From NCBI GenBank assembly GCA_037445065.1, contig JBBILD010000016.1:1-64000 (forward strand): 64,000 bases of DNA. The letters run 5' to 3'. Numbering within the stretch: position 1 is the stretch's first letter; each line of letters starts with the position of its first letter. Both the position numbers and the translations under genes were made by a program. The notes beneath the pieces are model-generated. The model did no database searches, was not told the origin of the DNA, and saw only the letters and a list, made by a program, of their open reading frames with translations. The DNA is from Myxococcales bacterium. Its GTDB lineage: Bacteria; Desulfobacterota; Binatia; HRBIN30. Shown piece after piece: positions 61,910 to 64,000 of this stretch.

Positions 61910-63088
61910 TTACCTCTCGCGGCCCAAGATCAAGGTGGAATGGGTGGAGAGCACGCCACCGTTGCCGCTCACCAGCGCAAAACGTGCTCCCAGGACCTGC
62001 CGCTCGCCGCCTTCGCCGCGCAGTTGGATCACGGCTTCGGAAAGTGGCGTCATGCCCCACATGTAAAACGACGAGAGCTGCCCGCCTCCGGTATTCACCG
62101 GCAACCTGCCACCCGGTGCGGTGTGGCCGGCCGCTATGAACGGCCCTGCTTCTCCTTTGCTGGTAAATCCGTAGTCCTCGAGCGTGATAAGGACCGTAAA
62201 CGTATAGCAATCGTAGAGCTCGACCACGTCCAGGTCTTCGAGTTCGAGACCCGCCATAGCCAGCGCCGGCTCCTTGCACAAAGCTGCACCGGAAACCAGC
62301 GTCTCGCTTACGTCGCCTCCCGGGTGCCCCTGTGCCATCCCGAGGATGTACACCGGGGGGCGCGGCAGATCCCGCGCCCGCTCGGCGCTGGTGACCACCA
62401 CGGCCAGTCCGCCGTTCGAGACGAGACAACAGTCGTAGAGGTGAAACGGCTCCACCACCCAGCGGGAGCGGTGGTAGTCTTCGAGGGTGAGCGGCTGGCC
62501 GAACATTTGTGCCTGCGGGTTGCGATTCGCCCAAGCCCGCTGTGCCACGGCCACCGCACCCAGATGGTCTTGCGTGAGGCCGTACACGTGCATGTAGCGG
62601 CGCGCCAGCAGCGCGTACTGGGCGTTGACACCGAAGAAGCCATACGCGGCATCGAAGCCGCGCGCAAAGGCGTAGGCCGAGGCCGAGGAAGCCGAGCGTT
62701 CTTTTTCAGGCCGCGGCGGCTTGAGCGGTGCATCGGAAAACACGCACACCACCACCGAACACAGGCCCGCCGCTACCGCCTGCACAGCGTGCTGCACCAT
62801 CGCTCCTGCCGTGGCACCACCCAAGTTCATGGTCGCCTGCAGGCGGAGGTTGCGCAGCCCGAGCGCTTGCTGCAGTTGGAACGAGCCCATGCTCGCCTCG
62901 CCCCAACTGAGGCCTGGATTGAGCAGCAGCCCGTCCACCTCCTCTCGCCCGAGCCCGCAGTCCGCCAGGGCAAGTTGCACGGCTTCGGCGGCAAAGCCCA
63001 CGTGATTGGTGTGGAACACCTTGCCCTGGGCGGTGATTCCCAAACCGACAATCGCCGCTGCACCGCGCAACTGCCTCTCGACGCGCAT
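61910..63088 (-). CDS. Thiolase-superfamily protein (SCP2-thiolase/Ltp2-like)
   Basis: AAIVGLG, DCCLVSNGG, ELYDCYT, NTGGGQLS, EAVIQLRG motifs; followed by a DUF35 gene. Confidence 0.88.
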   Translation of the reverse strand: MRVERQLRGAAAIVGLGITAQGKVFHTNHVGFAAEAVQLALADCGLGREEVDGLLLNPGLSWGEASMGSFQLQQALGLRNLRLQATMNLGGATAGAMVQHAVQAVAAGLCSVVVCVFSDAPLKPPRPEKERSASSASAYAFARGFDAAYGFFGVNAQYALLARRYMHVYGLTQDHLGAVAVAQRAWANRNPQAQMFGQPLTLEDYHRSRWVVEPFHLYDCCLVSNGGLAVVVTSAERARDLPRPPVYILGMAQGHPGGDVSETLVSGAALCKEPALAMAGLELEDLDVVELYDCYTFTVLITLEDYGFTSKGEAGPFIAAGHTAPGGRLPVNTGGGQLSSFYMWGMTPLSEAVIQLRGEGGERQVLGARFALVSGNGGVLSTHSTLILGRER

Positions 63089-63198
63089 CGTCCCCTGCCT
63101 GGCACGGTTGCGAGGTTAAAGAAAGGGCCCGCAAAGCCCCTTGTCGGTTCTTCCCGCTTGTGGTGGGATACGGTTGTTTTGCCCGCAGGAGGGACGGC

Positions 63199-64000
63199 AT
63201 GCCGCAGGTGGACGTCGGAGACGGGATCGCACTGTACTACGAACTCTACGATTTTACCGAGCCTTGGAAAGCAGGGCCGCCACCGATTCTCTTCTTGCAC
63301 GGCTTGGGGGGCGACCGGCGCATGTGGAATGACCAAGTGCCGGTCTTTAGCGGCCAGTACCCAACGCTAGTGGTGGATCTGCGCGGCCACGGCCGCTCGA
63401 CCCGCCCCGCTGCCGACTTCACTGTGGCCGACATGGCTCGCGACGTTTTGCGCCTCACCCGCACGGTGGGCATTGAGCGCGCGCATGTGGTGGGCCTGTC
63501 CATGGGCGGAGTGGTGGCGCAACAGCTCGCGCTCGATTTCCCGCCGGTGATCGCCTCGCTCGTCCTTTGCGACACGTTTAGCGCCATCCCTGCCGAACTC
63601 GCCCCTATGGCTCGCGAGGCGCTGGCGTTCATCGAGACGCACGACATGAGCGAGGTGGCGCGCACACGGATCAGCTTGGCGTTTTCCGATCACGCGGACC
63701 CGGCCATGCGCGAGTACTGGATTGAGCAAGTGGCGAAGAACGATAAAGAGACCTACCTGCGCGCTGCACGGGCGACGTTTGCCTTCTCGAGCCAGGGGCG
63801 GCTCGCCGCGTTGCGGGTGCCGGCCCTGGTGGTGGTCGGCGAGGAGGATCGGGTGACGCCGCCAGCGCTGGCGCACGAGTTGGCACAACGGATCGCGGGC
63901 GCCAAGCTTGCCACCATCCCGCGCGCTGGCCACATTAGCAACGCGGAAAACCCCGAGGCGTTCAACCGAACACTCGCCGAGTTTCTGGCCGCGGCTTCGC
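63199..64000 (+). CDS. Alpha/beta hydrolase (PcaD/enol-lactonase-like), 3' end off the window
   Basis: Hand translation from ATG 63199 after AGGAGG: FLHGLGG, DLRGHGRS, GLSMGG, GEED, AGH; absent from the ORF track. Confidence 0.88.
   Translation, partial: MPQVDVGDGIALYYELYDFTEPWKAGPPPILFLHGLGGDRRMWNDQVPVFSGQYPTLVVDLRGHGRSTRPAADFTVADMARDVLRLTRTVGIERAHVVGLSMGGVVAQQLALDFPPVIASLVLCDTFSAIPAELAPMAREALAFIETHDMSEVARTRISLAFSDHADPAMREYWIEQVAKNDKETYLRAARATFAFSSQGRLAALRVPALVVVGEEDRVTPPALAHELAQRIAGAKLATIPRAGHISNAENPEAFNRTLAEFLAAAS

Overview
GC-rich bacterial chromosomal window, largely core metabolism and envelope genes. The Pro/Thr-linker proteins and the Cys-containing dockerin-like C-terminal module resemble those of Candidatus Binatia/Binatota; this taxonomic call is inference. 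Content: (1) an alternative complex III operon (actABCDEF, actG-like) with SCO and an A2-type caa3 oxidase (1.7-14.1 kb); (2) envelope genes nagZ, an SLT lipoprotein, mlaFEDAC, mltA, plsB, two BamE-like lipoproteins, phoA, and an M23 peptidase behind a c-di-AMP (ydaO) riboswitch; (3) a split glycolate oxidase (glcEF and glcD about 15 kb apart), an alanine-glyoxylate aminotransferase, class I fumarase, purB, Mrp/ApbC and a thiolase-like/DUF35 pair; (4) tRNA-Thr(CGT); (5) a decayed two-gene thermolysin (M4) locus: a propeptide-only gene followed by a protease with a dockerin-like tail. The most striking unexplained structure is a composite non-coding element found at about nine intergenic loci. 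It is built from an ordered 7-mer array, two GTAG-type REP palindromes in alternating orientation and three further hairpins, some showing compensatory changes. No transposase, integrase, prophage or CRISPR array was seen. Three real genes are missing from the ORF track: the left-edge lipoprotein, a 51-aa TRASH/YHS protein and the right-edge alpha/beta hydrolase. All calls come from reading motifs by eye; no database searches were run.
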